Below the pieces are notes generated by a model. That model had not been told where the DNA came from. It did no database searches and worked only from the letters and a program-made list of their open reading frames with translations. Below are positions 37,721 through 50,623 of a stretch of DNA of 64,000 bases, piece after piece; position 1 is the first letter of the stretch; each line of letters opens with the position of its first letter. The position numbers and the translations under genes were made by a program. The stretch comes from Podarcis erhardii (lineage: Eukaryota): assembly GCA_964252035.1 (NCBI GenBank), contig OZ176203.1, one strand, 5' to 3'.

Positions 37721-38480
37721 ATTATAACCTGATGAGCTCATTTCATGCCCACCAGAAAAGGGTAAATCCATTTATGATCTGGAATAGGAAGGGCAGCCTG
37801 TGACCTGTATTTACATGAGGATCTGGCTGTGCTAAGCCAGGCACGGAGTTACCAAAGCAACTGCAGCTCATTGCTCAGCGTCTCCTTTCTAAAGCATGGA
37901 TAAGAACACAGCTGCAATCACATATAGAGTCAAACATAGGGGAACTTGATAATTGTAAATTTAAAGGAATACTTGGGAAACAGCTTCTGCATAATTTTAA
38001 TCCATCACACTATTTCAGACATTAGCTTTGTAAGTGAAAACATCCAACCCTTATATTTATTCTGCTCTAATGACGTGTTCTCCCCACCAGGAATTGTTAT
38101 TCATTTTAGTGATGAAATAAAGATACAAAAGTGACACACTAATCTGGAGAGTCTTGCACAACTACTGTACAAGGGGCGGGGGGGCTGGAAAAAGACTTAA
38201 CATTAGGATCCATTTCAGCAGAGAATATCAAGGAATTTCTCTTCGGTGAGACGGCACTATTACAATCTTAACAGAATTGTTGTAGGGAGGTGGAAGAACA
38301 TAATGCAGGGAGGTGCATATGTAATGGGTGCTATATAGAGCAACAATTCATTGTGGCAGAGTGTGAAATACTATGCACACTTACTTGCGAGGGGGGGGGG
38401 AGCAGGGAACTCCTTGTGAACTCAGTGCTCTTCATACGCATAGGATTAGACTGCAGGGCTAAAATCCTGGGCATGTTTGT

Positions 38481-38623
38481 GGGAATGAGGCCTCCCGCCA
38501 CCGTTCGGATTCCGTTCTTAGACCGAGGTAAAGTTCTCAAACTGGGACACTATTTCCGGTTTTGCGGAGTTCGTAAACCAAATTGTTCTTAAACCGGACT
38601 GTTCTTAAACCAAGGTACCACTG
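38481..38623. mobile_element. Partial Tc1/mariner-type MITE, subfamily B
   Basis: Reverse complement of the 5' part of 8777-9017, ends GGTACCACTG-TA. Confidence 0.85.
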
Positions 38624-38639
38624 TATAGGGAAAATGGAA

Positions 38640-39430
38640 TCAGCACTGCCTGAAATATACCTTGGGGACTGCCCTGATTTCCCAAGCAACTCAATCCAAC
38701 ATCCTCACAGAGCTCCCAGGCAGTGTGAAACAGCTTGCAGTCCATGTGGCGCTGAAGTCTGAGCTATAAACATTGTATTAACATTTATGAGGATCCAGTG
38801 ACCCATTGCTGTGAGGGTTGGCAGCATTATCGGAATTGCCTCCGCTTTTGCAAATCCATGCTCACGACGGGCCCAGGAGCACTTTGGAACTGGCTGAGCA
38901 TGAATGAGTATGTGTGGTTTCTTGAGGGGGAAGCCCCATTGCGTACTGCCTCCGTAAGACAATTTCATATTCATAGCTCCGGTAAGCAGTGCCTGCTGAT
39001 CGGAATATCACACGAGCAAAGACTAGAGAGAACCCTTTGTAATCAAGGTTGGGATCAAAAAGAGAACAATAGCCACTGTCCTCAGGTATCAGGCAGCAAT
39101 TTATATGCATGCATCCTCTCCCAGGAACAGTTGGCTGCTGATTCTCAGTTTTTGGAACTGCTCTGAGGCTACAATAAAATGTATCAAAATCTTGAAGGTA
39201 CCCAGAAGGTACCATCTGCTCCAGGCCCAGAAACTCATCCAAGCTCACGTTAGCCAGAACCATCCCATTAACTGTCTGCCAAAAGTGGAGTACGCCAGAA
39301 ACTCAGAGCGGTGGGAGCTAAGGTCCACAAGTGCTTTTCTTTTCACTCATTCCCACCTGGATACTTTCCCTCATTTTGGGGTCATCCGTGTTGGAAGGCT
39401 TATGGTCACCACCTGTTCTTTCAAGGTAGG
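38640..39430 (+). pseudogene. Possible decayed Chapaev3-like transposase fragment
   Basis: Colinear weak similarity to recalled consensus: PLR, PQVSG..., QLAADSQFLELL*GYNK, KLRAVG, HSHLDTFP..G. Stops and frameshifts present. Confidence 0.45.
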
Positions 39431-40171
39431 TTCATTTTATGACTGAATGATTCAACAGGAGCAGCTGCTGTCTCTCTACACTGCCTGTTTCAGTCATAAA
39501 TGATTCCGATGGACATGGTAGAACAACAACACTTTGCTGCGTGCCCATTGGTGAGCTTAGGCTGGTGAGGATGTCATGCTTTAACACTATAGGAAAAAGA
39601 GACTGAATGAGATTTGGGCTTCCACACTTCCTTTCTCCCCTTCCTTCATATCCATAGATGGGAAATTGGAAGCTTTCACTTAAAATTAACCAGAGTACTC
39701 TTCTTGTGATTCCTGAAATCAAGAGACTGTGGGTTGCTGTAAGTGTGATTACTTAACAAAGAATAACAAACCAAGTTTGATCCTTGTTTATATAAACTAA
39801 CCATAGTTAGGAAAAACTACAGTTTGTTGAGTTTGGATATAACAGGGAAACTGGTCAGTTCTCAAGTAAAAGCTTTCAATTTTTTCACATGTATGGTGGA
39901 AGAAGAGGGGGAAGTGCAGAACAGGAGGCTTGTGAGGTAGTTTTTGTAACAGGAAACCATGGTTTAGTATAGCATTACATTGAAGTTATCTATAGAGAGG
40001 AAGTGCTGAGGTGCCATTTGCTATACTTACAGTGAAAATGGCACTAATAATTTCTTATGAGAGAATAACACAATCATCTATTTGTTACTTTGACGCGTTG
40101 TTCACACCTGTGCATTAGAAAAGAAGAACATGGACATTGTTCGAAAATAACATTGAAACTGGAGTCGGAAG

Positions 40172-40524
40172 TAGCGATGAGCATAGGTTCATCGCAAATA
40201 GACAAAAACCTTCATGTTCAATACATGAAATATCAGTTATTTTCCAAGACATAATTCTTTACAGTCTGTACTATCTGATTTTTCTTTTGCTCAACACTCA
40301 GCATCGTCCAGGCGTAACACTATTTTCATTAATATATGTCCATGTTACCCTATTACATGCATTCTTGTGCACATTAGTTGGCTAGAGATCTGCACTGCAA
40401 AATTCAGAGACATGCACATCTTGAAGGATGGCTGTGTTTTGACTGGCATTATTGTTTCAGGAACAGCAGTTTTTCTAGGTTCAACTTTAAATATGAACTT
40501 TGCCAAATTTCTCATCCATCCCTA
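40172..40524. mobile_element. AT-rich old MITE-like family with TAGGGATG/CATCCCTA-type ends
   Basis: Core ctgcactgcaaaattcag...ttgaaggatggctgt shared with 54832-55241 and, inverted, 45664-45915. Confidence 0.6.
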
Positions 40525-41312
40525 CCTGGTGTTCAGAAGGGACCAATGGGTCCGCAATTGCAAAGTGTCTCAGGGCTCCTAAAGGCAACTTTTTTTATTG
40601 AGCTTTCACCCTGATAAAGTTTAATCTAACAAATAAGAAAGATAACTTAGGAATGCATATGTGGAGGTGAGCAAATATTTTTTGAAAAAAAGTAAATGCT
40701 TTCATTTTATTGACGAATGCATTTTTGATACCCACAGCCAAGTTGCCCATCAATTATGCCAGAGATTTGGCATATGGGGAAGACATTTTGCACCACCACC
40801 AACCCAGGGACCCTAAACAAGGTTTAAAAGCTATGCTGAAAAAAATACATGAAGCCAGGGTAAATGCATTTTACTTTATCATTTTTATAATTACATGTCT
40901 GCTGTGCCCTTGAGAATAACGCTGCCCATGTCTGTCTGCTTCCTTGTACATTTTCTTCTTTTCCCCTTGAGCATTGTTTGCTTTACAAATGTTATTTATT
41001 CTGGCCAGTATCTGCTTCTCTGGCACAGCCAAGTGCGGCGCAAACAGCCTCGGCGTCTCTTTCTCGAGATTCAAAGAGCCAATTATGTTTTGAAATGTAG
41101 TCAGCTACTGCTTCCGAAACATTTCATTGTGACATTTGCCTTGACCCATGCTGTCTGTAAAAAACAACAACCAAACAAACCAAAAATAGTTTATGGGATG
41201 AGCATCAGATTGAATTGAATAACACATACCAATCTCAGAGGGCCCCCAGAAGCAACTTATTCTTGCATGTATACAGTATAACATTTTCCTAATGTTCATC
41301 CTCTACATGGTT

Positions 41313-41412
41313 TTTTTAGACTACAACTCCCGTCATCCCTAGCTATCAGGACCAGTGGGCAGGGATGATGGGAATTGTAATCTGAAAAAAAGCTGGAGAC
41401 CCAAGTTTGGAA
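41313..41412. mobile_element. Partial palindromic mini-MITE
   Basis: gactacaactcccgtcatccctagcta..caggaccagtgg.cagggatgatgggaattgta matches the 37579 family. Confidence 0.8.
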
Positions 41413-41570
41413 GACATCATGTCAGAGGAATAGAATAAACGTAATGCTAATAATATCTTGAAAGCTGAATGTAGTTGGTAGCACAGAAATAAAACAAGAT
41501 AAAGAGATAAGTTTAAAAGAACGTTTATGGTTCTGCAAATCAACACAGAGTGAAAAAACAGCAACAAGTA

Positions 41571-42805
41571 CCGTATTTTTCGCACCATAACACGCACCCG
41601 ACCATAACACGCACATAGTTTTTAGAGGAGGAAAACAAGAAAAAAAATATTCTAAACGAAACAGTGGATGTATGATTTTTGTGGTTCATGCTGTGGCCAC
41701 AGACATGTGATCTGACGGTGAATTTGGGGTAGCCCAATGCAAAAATCTTGAGGATCCATGTGGATCCGTGCTTTGTAACCACGTTTTTGCACCACTGCGG
41801 CCCCAGGCAACAGTGGGTGTGTGATTTTTTTGGTGCAAGCTGTAGCCATGGACATGCTATGTGATCTGATGGTGAATTTGGGGTGACCCAGTGCAAAAAT
41901 CCTGAGGATCCATGTGGATCCGTGCTTTGTAACCACGTTTTAAGTGGGGAGGGAAGGAAAAGCACTCAAGGGACAAGGTGCACGCGTGGGGTGGGTGGAG
42001 AAGGATGCTGTTAATAATGCAGAAGAGGGGTATAAGAGAAGGCTCCTCTCCTCTTCCGCTTTGCTCCTTTAAAGGCTCTGCTTCTCTCCCTCTTCCCCAG
42101 CTCGCTGAAAAACTTTGCTGCTATTTAGCCCGCTGAGTGGGGAGGAGAAGGGACAGACAGCCTGCTTGCGAAAAAATTTGCTGCTATTTAGCGAGCTATT
42201 CTCTCCCTCCTCCCCAGCTCGCTGAAAAAAACAGCTCCCTCCTCCCGGCTCGCTGAAAAACTTTGCTACTATTTAGCCAGCTGAGTGGGGAGGAGAAGGG
42301 ACAGAGAGCCTGCTTGCGAAAAAATTTGCTGCTATTTAGCGAGCTATTCTCTCCCTCCTCCCCAGCTCGCTGAAAAAAACAGCTCCCTCCTCCCGGCTCG
42401 CTGAAAAACTTTGCTACTATTTAGCCAGCTGAGTGGGGAGGAGAAGGGACAGAGAGCCTGCTTGCGAAAAAATTTGCTGCTATTTAGCGAGCTGTTCTCT
42501 CCCTCCTCCCTGGCTCACTGAAAAAAACAGCTCCGGACTCGTGTAAGCGGCTCCTCTCCTCTCCCGCTTTGCTCCTTTGCAGAAGCAGGCTCTCTGTCCC
42601 TCTCTCCTCCCCACTCAGCGGCTCTTCTCCCGCTTTGCTGTTTCAAAGCGAGCCACGGAGGAGGGAAGGAAGGGGAACCATGGATCCTCTGCTGACTGCA
42701 GCAGATCCCCCCGCCATCCGTAGGCATTCGCTCCATAACACGCACAGACATTTCCCATTACTTTCTAGGCGGAAAAAAGTGAGTGTTATGGTGCGAAAAA
42801 TACGG
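41571..42805. mobile_element. 1235-bp TcMar (Tc2-like) non-autonomous transposon with internal tandem repeats
   Basis: TIR CCGTATTTTTCGCACCATAACAC at both ends, TA TSD. Confidence 0.92.
42095..42532. repeat. 148-bp tandem repeat, about 3 copies, inside the transposon
   Basis: Anchor aactttgct at 42111, 42259 and 42407. Confidence 0.92.
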
Positions 42806-43760
42806 TAATCACAATAGAAAGGGTTTTGGGGAGGCAGCATTTGTGTGTAAACCTGAAAGGCTGCCACCTAGTTAGCAAATACATCTGATTCCTTTCTTTC
42901 TTTTTTGCAAGGCAGGGATGGATATTTAGTAAATAGCCTTACATCTAAGCTGTTCTTTAGTTGTCTTTGTAATCCATTACAGTGTATTAGCCAATCTGAA
43001 TGAGTGTAATCGTTCCCAAGAGAGCACTTCTTGGCTTTTTCCATAAGGAGATCAGAGGTAAATGAAGTGGATTGTTCCGAGATTCAATCCCAGGAGATGA
43101 TTCAAACCTAAGAAGAAGATGCAACGTTTTCAGAGACATCAGCCAGGTAGGTCAGGAAGAAGAGAGTGAAGGGCAGTTATTAGTTAATGTTGTCAACGTT
43201 TCCCAGAAACCCCTGGTTTTTCTTGACATGTTAGAGTATTGATGCTGGATTTAAAAAATCACCATTATTATTTTGCTCCTTTGCTTAAAGGGAGATGATG
43301 TAGCCATCGGTCTAGACTGCCACAATTTTGTATGTGGGGTTTAACCACATACTGGCAAAGTCAGGTTGAACAATTAAAGTGTGTTTGGAACTCTTGTGAA
43401 AGCAGATTTCATAAACCAGCTTTATAAAAAATGCAGGGGAAAGTGTGGGACAATGATTGTGTGACACGACACTGTACAACCTCACTGCAAACAAATCAGA
43501 AGGAATGCTTGATAACCAGTGGGTGCTGTATAACCTCCTGAAACACTTGGTCCTGGCGTTTGGGAGACAGCTGGAGACTATGGAATAGGGGTGTCCAGTC
43601 CTAACAGCTATCTACACTTTTCTTGATTATTTGCGGAAAGCCATGACTGGTTAAAGCAGAGGAACACTGCTTTAAATGTGTAGTGCAGATGAGGCCTATC
43701 TACTTAGTTGGTTGAAGATACTCCCTGCCCTCATTTTGCATATACCATCATTCTAATCAG

Positions 43761-43960
43761 TAATAAGAATGATGATAATTTTATTATCTATACCCTGCCC
43801 ATCTGACTAAGCTTGCCCAACCACTCTGGGCGGCTTCCAGCAGAATATAAAAACATAAAATGTCAAACGTCAAAAACTTTCTGATACAGGGCTGCCTTTA
43901 GATGTCTTCTGAAAGTTGTGTAGTTCTTATTCTCCTTGACATCTGATGGGAGGGCGTTCA
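43761..43960 (-). mobile_element. L2 LINE 3' end
   Basis: Homologous to 13424-13671 (ccactctgggcggct, ccttgacatctgatgg). Confidence 0.82.
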
Positions 43961-45663
43961 ATAAGGCAAAAAACCATCTAGAAAAATGGAACTAAAAGCC
44001 AAGATGGAAGGGCAGGGGTGAGGAAGAGCTAAACTTCCAGTTCACCCCTAATATAATGAGAACAAGCCACATGATGCAATTGTGTTGCCAGACACGAAAT
44101 GAACTGTGACAAAATTGATTGAGGAGATATTACAGGGGCCGACTATAAATCTGAAATTCATCAAGGGATCTGAAAAAATGTCAAGACTGAAACTGTGGCA
44201 GGATTAATAATTTTGGCACTAAAATGAGGCAGCAAAATGTGACATTTAAATATTAATGTTGCTTCCTGATGAAGCTGGTAATCAGGCAGGGATATGCCAC
44301 AAAATATTTAGGAATCTCTTGGGTTCAACATATAAGCAGAGGGACAGTTTTTCCAGTCTGTTCCTTGTAGCAGGAAACAAATCATTTGACAAGAAATGTT
44401 ATGCTCTGTTCCATAGATGTAAATCCCATTAGTTTCGACATATGTTATATGCACATAACTGAACGTGGGATCACAGCCTATGCTCCCGATTATTACGGAG
44501 GGAATCTGGCTCTACTGTTTGCAGCAGCAGCCTTGAACAATCGTGTGGGTTTATCTGCTCCTCATGGGGACGGTGTGTTAATTCTGCTTACATAAGGGTT
44601 AATTTGATTAGGAGAAGGATTTAGTGATGCAAGAGCTGTCTTTTCTTATTTTTCTCCCACGAGAAAGAGACTATGCACAACTCCTGCTTGCGATGTTAAA
44701 AAGCGCAGCGATTTCACCCTCTGCATTCTTAACCACACAGTGGCAGCCTTCTCCATTCAGGATTCCTGTGCCTGGCACAGTACCTGTTTAGCAAGTCTCA
44801 GATTGTGGCACAACAGCTTTCAAAAAAATAAAAAGGTCGCTGATTCAAGCCCTTGCTCAACACTCTCCTTTTGATCCTAAGCCGCCTTGAGGCAGCATTT
44901 TGCCAGAGAGATTCAAGGATATACAAGCAATGTAAGTTTGCAGAATTAAGGGAGATTAAAGTGCTCTGTCAACGCTGGCCTGGTGCAACAAACCCCTACC
45001 CCCTTCTAAAAATAAGAACTGGGCTCTTTTGATGCTGCTATGTGGGGAAATGAACTGAAAAGTGTGGGTTGAATATTATGAATATTATAATAGCGAATAT
45101 TAATGGGAAGACATACAACTACCAAACAAGCAAATCAGACATAGTCTAACCTCCGCATGAGCTTTGTGGAAGTAAATCAGGATGAAAGCTCAATAAAAAA
45201 AAGTTGTTTGGGAGGAGCCCATATACTGGACATGGCATCCTCTCTTTTTTTCTTTCCCTTGAGACGTCTTCATCTTTGGTAATCAGATTCTCTCACTCAT
45301 ATTACATTAGCCAAAAGTTTCTTCCATTTGATCAAATGCTAGGCAGTCCCAGTAATGCTTGCCATTGCCGTGTAAAGGTCATTGTGCTTAACAGTCTTTA
45401 CTGGAATGGTATTTTTTTAAAAAAGACATCCATTATTCTAAAATGTTTTAGCTCAATTGGGAGGGGGGTGAGAAAAAGGATATGGATTTCTTTCCTGACT
45501 GTTCTGTTTCATTTCCTGCTTGAGCTTTTGGTTTATTTGCATTTTATTTGCTTTGGCTATCACTATTCAGTACCTTGCTTGACCTTGCATATCAAAGACC
45601 GAGGTCGGATGGGGTAAAGGAGAAACATACTGCCCTCTCACGTGCTAGAATACTAATCTGGAG

Positions 45664-45915
45664 TTGGGATGAGGGGGGATTTAAAGGCAAACTTAGAAAA
45701 TTGCACTTTCTGAAACAGTATCTGAACCAAAATACAGCAATCGTTCAAAATTCACACTTTTCTGAATTTTGCAATGCAAAATTCTCCAGCCAAGTAGTGT
45801 GTACAATTTTTTTTGCAGATATAAGTGTGGAAATAAATGAATATATTAGTGATAGTAACATACAAAATGCATTCTTTTAGGGACAATTCCTTTCAAAAAT
45901 GTATATATTTTGGGT
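45664..45915. mobile_element. AT-rich MITE-like family member (inverted, partial)
   Basis: ctgaattttgcaatgca is the reverse complement of the core at 40392 and 55121. Confidence 0.5.
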
Positions 45916-46156
45916 GTGGGCCTGATGGACTCCAGATGCAAAAGCTGAGGTTCCTGAAGAGGCCAGAGACAATTTTGGCTCTCTTTTAGTGCAGATGCAG
46001 GTCATCAAGCCTGAGCTTCCACATCTACCACCTGTTATGAACCACCATTGGCATAATTGATAGCAACAGCAACAAATATGTTCCGTGCTTAAGATAATAC
46101 TAAAATGTGTTGATTAAGGGAAACCCACACTAAAATGCTGATAAATTTCCATAAGG

Positions 46157-46159
<3 letters not shown>

Positions 46160-46190
<31 letters not shown>

Positions 46191-46199
46191 CTATCTATC

Positions 46200-46225
<26 letters not shown>
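46160..46225. repeat. Compound (CT)n-(TATC)n microsatellite
   Basis: Direct inspection. Confidence 0.95.
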
Positions 46226-46242
<17 letters not shown>

Positions 46243-46404
46243 ATCTGTCAGAAAGGAGGATAACTGATTTTAACATGGGTGAAAATGAGAAGCTGAGAAA
46301 ACCAAAAATTGACAGATTTGTTCACCCTTATTTGGAGCATCACATAAAAAGAGGGAAAGGAGAGAGAAGAGTCTAATCAATAAGGTTCAGATAGATTCAT
46401 GAGT

Positions 46405-46525
46405 GGGAATCCTGGGAAGTGTTGTTTGTTAAAGGTGCTGAGAGTTGTTAGGAGACCCTTATTCCCCTCACAGAGTTACAATTCCCAGAATTCCCTGGGA
46501 AGAGGGATTGACTGTTAACACACTT
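46405..46525. mobile_element. Partial palindromic squamate MITE-like element
   Basis: ggtgctgagagttgttaggagacc...cacagagttacaattcccagaattccctgggaagagggattg, related to 32855-33095. Confidence 0.65.
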
Positions 46526-49500
46526 TGAGAATTGTAACTGATAACACAAAGAATTCCCCCAATAAATGTCAACATTCCACAAATTAAAATTATCAAAATA
46601 TTATGCCTTATTTTCTTATTTTATATTTTCTATATAGTGTACAGGCATTTTGCCTCACAGCTTTGGGAGACTGTTATCACTTACCATGACTGAATGTTTT
46701 CCTGAAGTATTTTTTTTGTCTTTAACCATAAGTTTCATCGGTCCACTTGTGCAGCTGTAGTCCTGTTTATCCCAAATATCCAGTGTTTGTCTCATTACTG
46801 AAATTCTGTCTTTATCATCTGTGCGCCACAACCAGGCCTGCCTTCCCTCTCCATCGTTTGCCAGATGACACCTCTGTAAACCAGCGTTCCAAATCCTGCT
46901 TCTCAGGCTCATTTCTCCTGCTCATATAGTGTGCATAACTGCATCACTTGAAAAAAGCCCTTGTAGTTCCTCTGTGCTCATTCCCTCTCCACCTTTTTCC
47001 CCCTAAAGAAAAGAACCTGGTAGACTCAAGACTGCCCAGAGCTGTCCCTACAGACACACGTTGTAATTATCACATGCAGACTGATTCCAGTGGCCTTCAC
47101 ATGATGGATTACCTGTTGCTAGACCATCGCTCTGTATTTGTCTCTTCCAGATGAAAGGCCTTTAACACAACGCCATCCATTACTATTGATACATGCAGCG
47201 GCTTCTATACATTCCCCGCCCGACTTTATAAATGATGGGGGAGCGCTCCAACTCTGCTGAACTGCTGTCATCAGACATGCAGCCAAGCAGCCCTGTCAAA
47301 AGCATGGTCAGCATAAATGAGCGAGGCTACAGATGGATTGCTAAACAGCTCGGCTTGGTTGCATTAAGGGAAAGGTGTTGGAGGTGTGATCTGCCTCAAG
47401 GCTTGCCTTCACAAACTTGACCTGCTTTCGTGATGAAGGGTAGGGACAATCTCACTGAAATTGAATCATGTTGCAAAAGCTGTGGCAGGGATCTTGTGCC
47501 TCTTGTGTGCAGGAGGAAAATTGGCTTAAAGAAACCAACTCGCCTTTCCACAGCATTTTGATCTAAGTGAATGAAATCACATGCTACGAATCAAGTCCAT
47601 GAATACCATTTCCAAAGTTCAAAGGAGAAATGACTTTTTAACATAACTCCCATTGTCAGTGTTTACATTGGAAAATTTTATTTTTTGGAATGATGCGATA
47701 AACACATTTTAAGTCCTGTCCAAAGCAAGAGGTCATCAGCATGCAATGCCTTGTGTCGTGACTAATCTTTAGATTCCCAAAAGGGTCTAGCAGAGGCACT
47801 ACAGTTATAGAAGCAGGCTTGTGTTCTCAGGATCACTGAATACTGCTTTATTTTTGCTTTATGTTGTCAAAACCATATCTATTTTGTTTAGAAAAGGAAA
47901 TAAATATTTATTTACTATGAATGCCAACAAGTCAGGCAGAATTTTTGGAGAGAGGAAATTGGATTATTCAGCTCTATCCTTTTCCTATCAGATTTAATAA
48001 ATTAAGGAGATACCTATGAGACAGATCAAAATCTCATTCCTCTTTGATTCTATCTCTGTGTTCCTTAGAATACAGAGCATTAGCATAGATGCTTCAATAT
48101 CTGCTTCAATTTGGTTGCTGTTTTCTGGTATTCTGGTAATAGGTTGAGTCTTCACTCCGGACGCTTTCTCTGAGAGACCTTGATAGCTGCTGATAGCAGG
48201 ACATTCACTTTGCTGTTCACATTTGTTGGAGCACTAAAGTTTTCTGTGAGAGTACTCTGCTGCTGACTGAGTAGCCATTGGTTTGTGAGGTTGTTTTTCC
48301 CCCTCCTTCCTTCTTAAGGTCAATTCTGTCAGGTGCACTTGTACTGTTTTGTTGCCTCCAAGGAGCTGACTTCCCCTTAACATTTCCCTTTTCAGCTGAT
48401 AACAAGACTCTGGGCAAATGTAAAGCAGAGCTAGCATTTTCCAGAGTGAACAACTCCTGCCCTGTTGAATTTCTGCCTATTCTGAAGCCCTGAATAGCAC
48501 AAGTTCTGCCAGAGAAAGGAAGGGGAAGGGCTGCAGCCCAGTGACAGAGTACTTTCTCCTGAAACAAAAATTGTTTGAGAGAAAACAAAGGCTTGGCATC
48601 TGTTGTCAGACTCCATCTCCCATCAGCCCAAGCAAGCACAACAAATGGTCAGGAATGGTAAGTTTTATCATCCGGCAACATCGTTTGCTACTTTTGGGAT
48701 CATAGGCACCTTGTCCTGAATTCTTCCAATATGTTCTGCCTCCAGAGTCAATGTTTTTCACCTGTTTCCCATTAGTGGACCTTGGGATTATAGTAACAAA
48801 AGAAGAAGAAGATATAAATAAAGTAGATTGCACAAGCCTAGCATCTGCCAACACTTGAAGCAGAGGGCAGCTGTCGCTCATTGTCATTTCTGCCATTGCT
48901 ATTCACTTCCACAATCCCTTCTGGGCCAAACAATAAACAACAGGGAGAAAAAGCAGCGGGACTCAGATGCTCTCAGTGGTGGGATCTTTTCTGTGAGGTG
49001 GCACCTTGGCAGGTGCTCAGCCATTTTGACCTCTGGTGCTAGTTTCAGGCATTCTCTACACCTTTTTGGGGGAAAGAACCACACGGCACTACATAATTCT
49101 TGCTCAATCTCCGTGCTTCTATTTGGAGACAGACATCACAAAAGAATGGTTAACATGGTTCTGTTAAAACGATTTGATAAATAGATGCATTAACTAAAAA
49201 TTAACTATTAATTGACCAAGTGGGGGAGGGGGGGAAAAGAATGCTTAAGATTAATGAAGGAATTTCCTTTGAAATGAAAGCATTGTTGTGATTTGGCTGA
49301 TAATTCATTTCATTTCTTGTAACAGATGGCAATGGTAGCTTATAAGGTAAGAGCATGGAAACAAGATGTTAATAAATATTGAACAAAAAATACAAGTAGT
49401 ACTAAAGAGAATCCTTGCTGATCCTTGCTTTGTAATAATGGAGGATCTTTCAGGAAATAAAAGATTTTAAACAGCTATAATTCTAATTCTTTCTTTTTTT

Positions 49501-50017
49501 TATAATTCTAATTCTTTGTGAATCTTCTCTGGCAATTTCATCAGTATAAAACCCATATATATGCACTTACCTGGGATTCCCAGAGACTTGGGTAGCTTCC
49601 AGACACACCCTCCTTATTAAGCATTTATTCTGACATGTTTGCAGAAAGTTTATGTGGAGGTAATAGGATGTCTGCTGCTTATTGAGCATTCGTTCTCATT
49701 TGTTTGCAGGGAAATTACATGATGTTCTGTCAAGCAAATGTTACAACACAATTTCCAGTGCATATTCCTGTCACCTTCCTTACAGCAAAGAGTTGGATTA
49801 TTATTTTTAAATCGGTTTGTTGCAAGAGCAACAAATCCACTTTAATTCTGCAACCTTAATTTGTTGGTGTGTGATTTAATCATCCCTCAAAATAGCAACA
49901 GCCTAGAAGTGGCCTTACTCCCTCTGCCCCAAGGTAGCTTTCAGATGATCACTAAATTGCAGGAGCAATTCAGTCACATACTTGGAAATGTAGATTTGCC
50001 TAATTTAAATGGATTTA

Positions 50018-50147
50018 TAATAATAATAATTTATTATTTATACCCCGCCCATCTGGCTGAGTTTCTCCAGCCACTCTGGGAGCCTTCCAATCAAGTGTTA
50101 AAAACAATACAGCATTAAATATTAAAAACTTCCCTAAACAGGGCTGC
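50018..50147 (-). mobile_element. L2 LINE 3' tail
   Basis: (TAA)n plus ataccccgcccatctggctg...aaacttccctaaacagggctgc, same family as 13424. Confidence 0.82.
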
Positions 50148-50487
50148 TTTAATAAACTTTGGCAGTATTGTGCAACAAATGTAATTCAAAAAGCAAACAA
50201 AAATACTTTTTTCAGCAAGGAAAGTGATGGTAAAATGCCCTAGAAAGTGTGGGATAGCAACTGATTTGCAGGGAACCATATAACTTCTCTACAAACAAAT
50301 AAAGATGAATGCTCAGTAAACAGTGGACAGCATAGAGTGTCTTCATAAACTCTGTGCAAACAAGTCAGAATTACTTCTCAATAAAATAGGTCATCTGGAA
50401 GCAACCATAATTGTGGGTTGGGTTTTTTCTTGCAACAAGAACTAGCAGCCATAAAAGGAAAATATGCCCCCCGCAATCAATAATACA

Positions 50488-50572
50488 TTTTATTTTTTTT
50501 TTGCAGTAAACCCTTTTGCAGAAAATGGGAAATAGCAAAGCTTTTAAAAATAAAAATATAATAATAATAATA

Positions 50573-50623
<51 letters not shown>

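Noticed and set aside
38705-39263. DIRS/Ngaro tyrosine recombinase on the minus strand
   Set aside because: Only a vague GLPP...HS resemblance. The plus-strand Chapaev-like alignment is more colinear.
42095-42532. Regular repeats as a possible CRISPR array
   Set aside because: Units are contiguous with no unique spacers, the context is eukaryotic, and no cas genes are present.
43048-43146. 99-nt exon-like segment with good AG/GT sites on the plus strand
   Set aside because: Stops in all three frames and no linked exons. It cannot be supported without RNA data.
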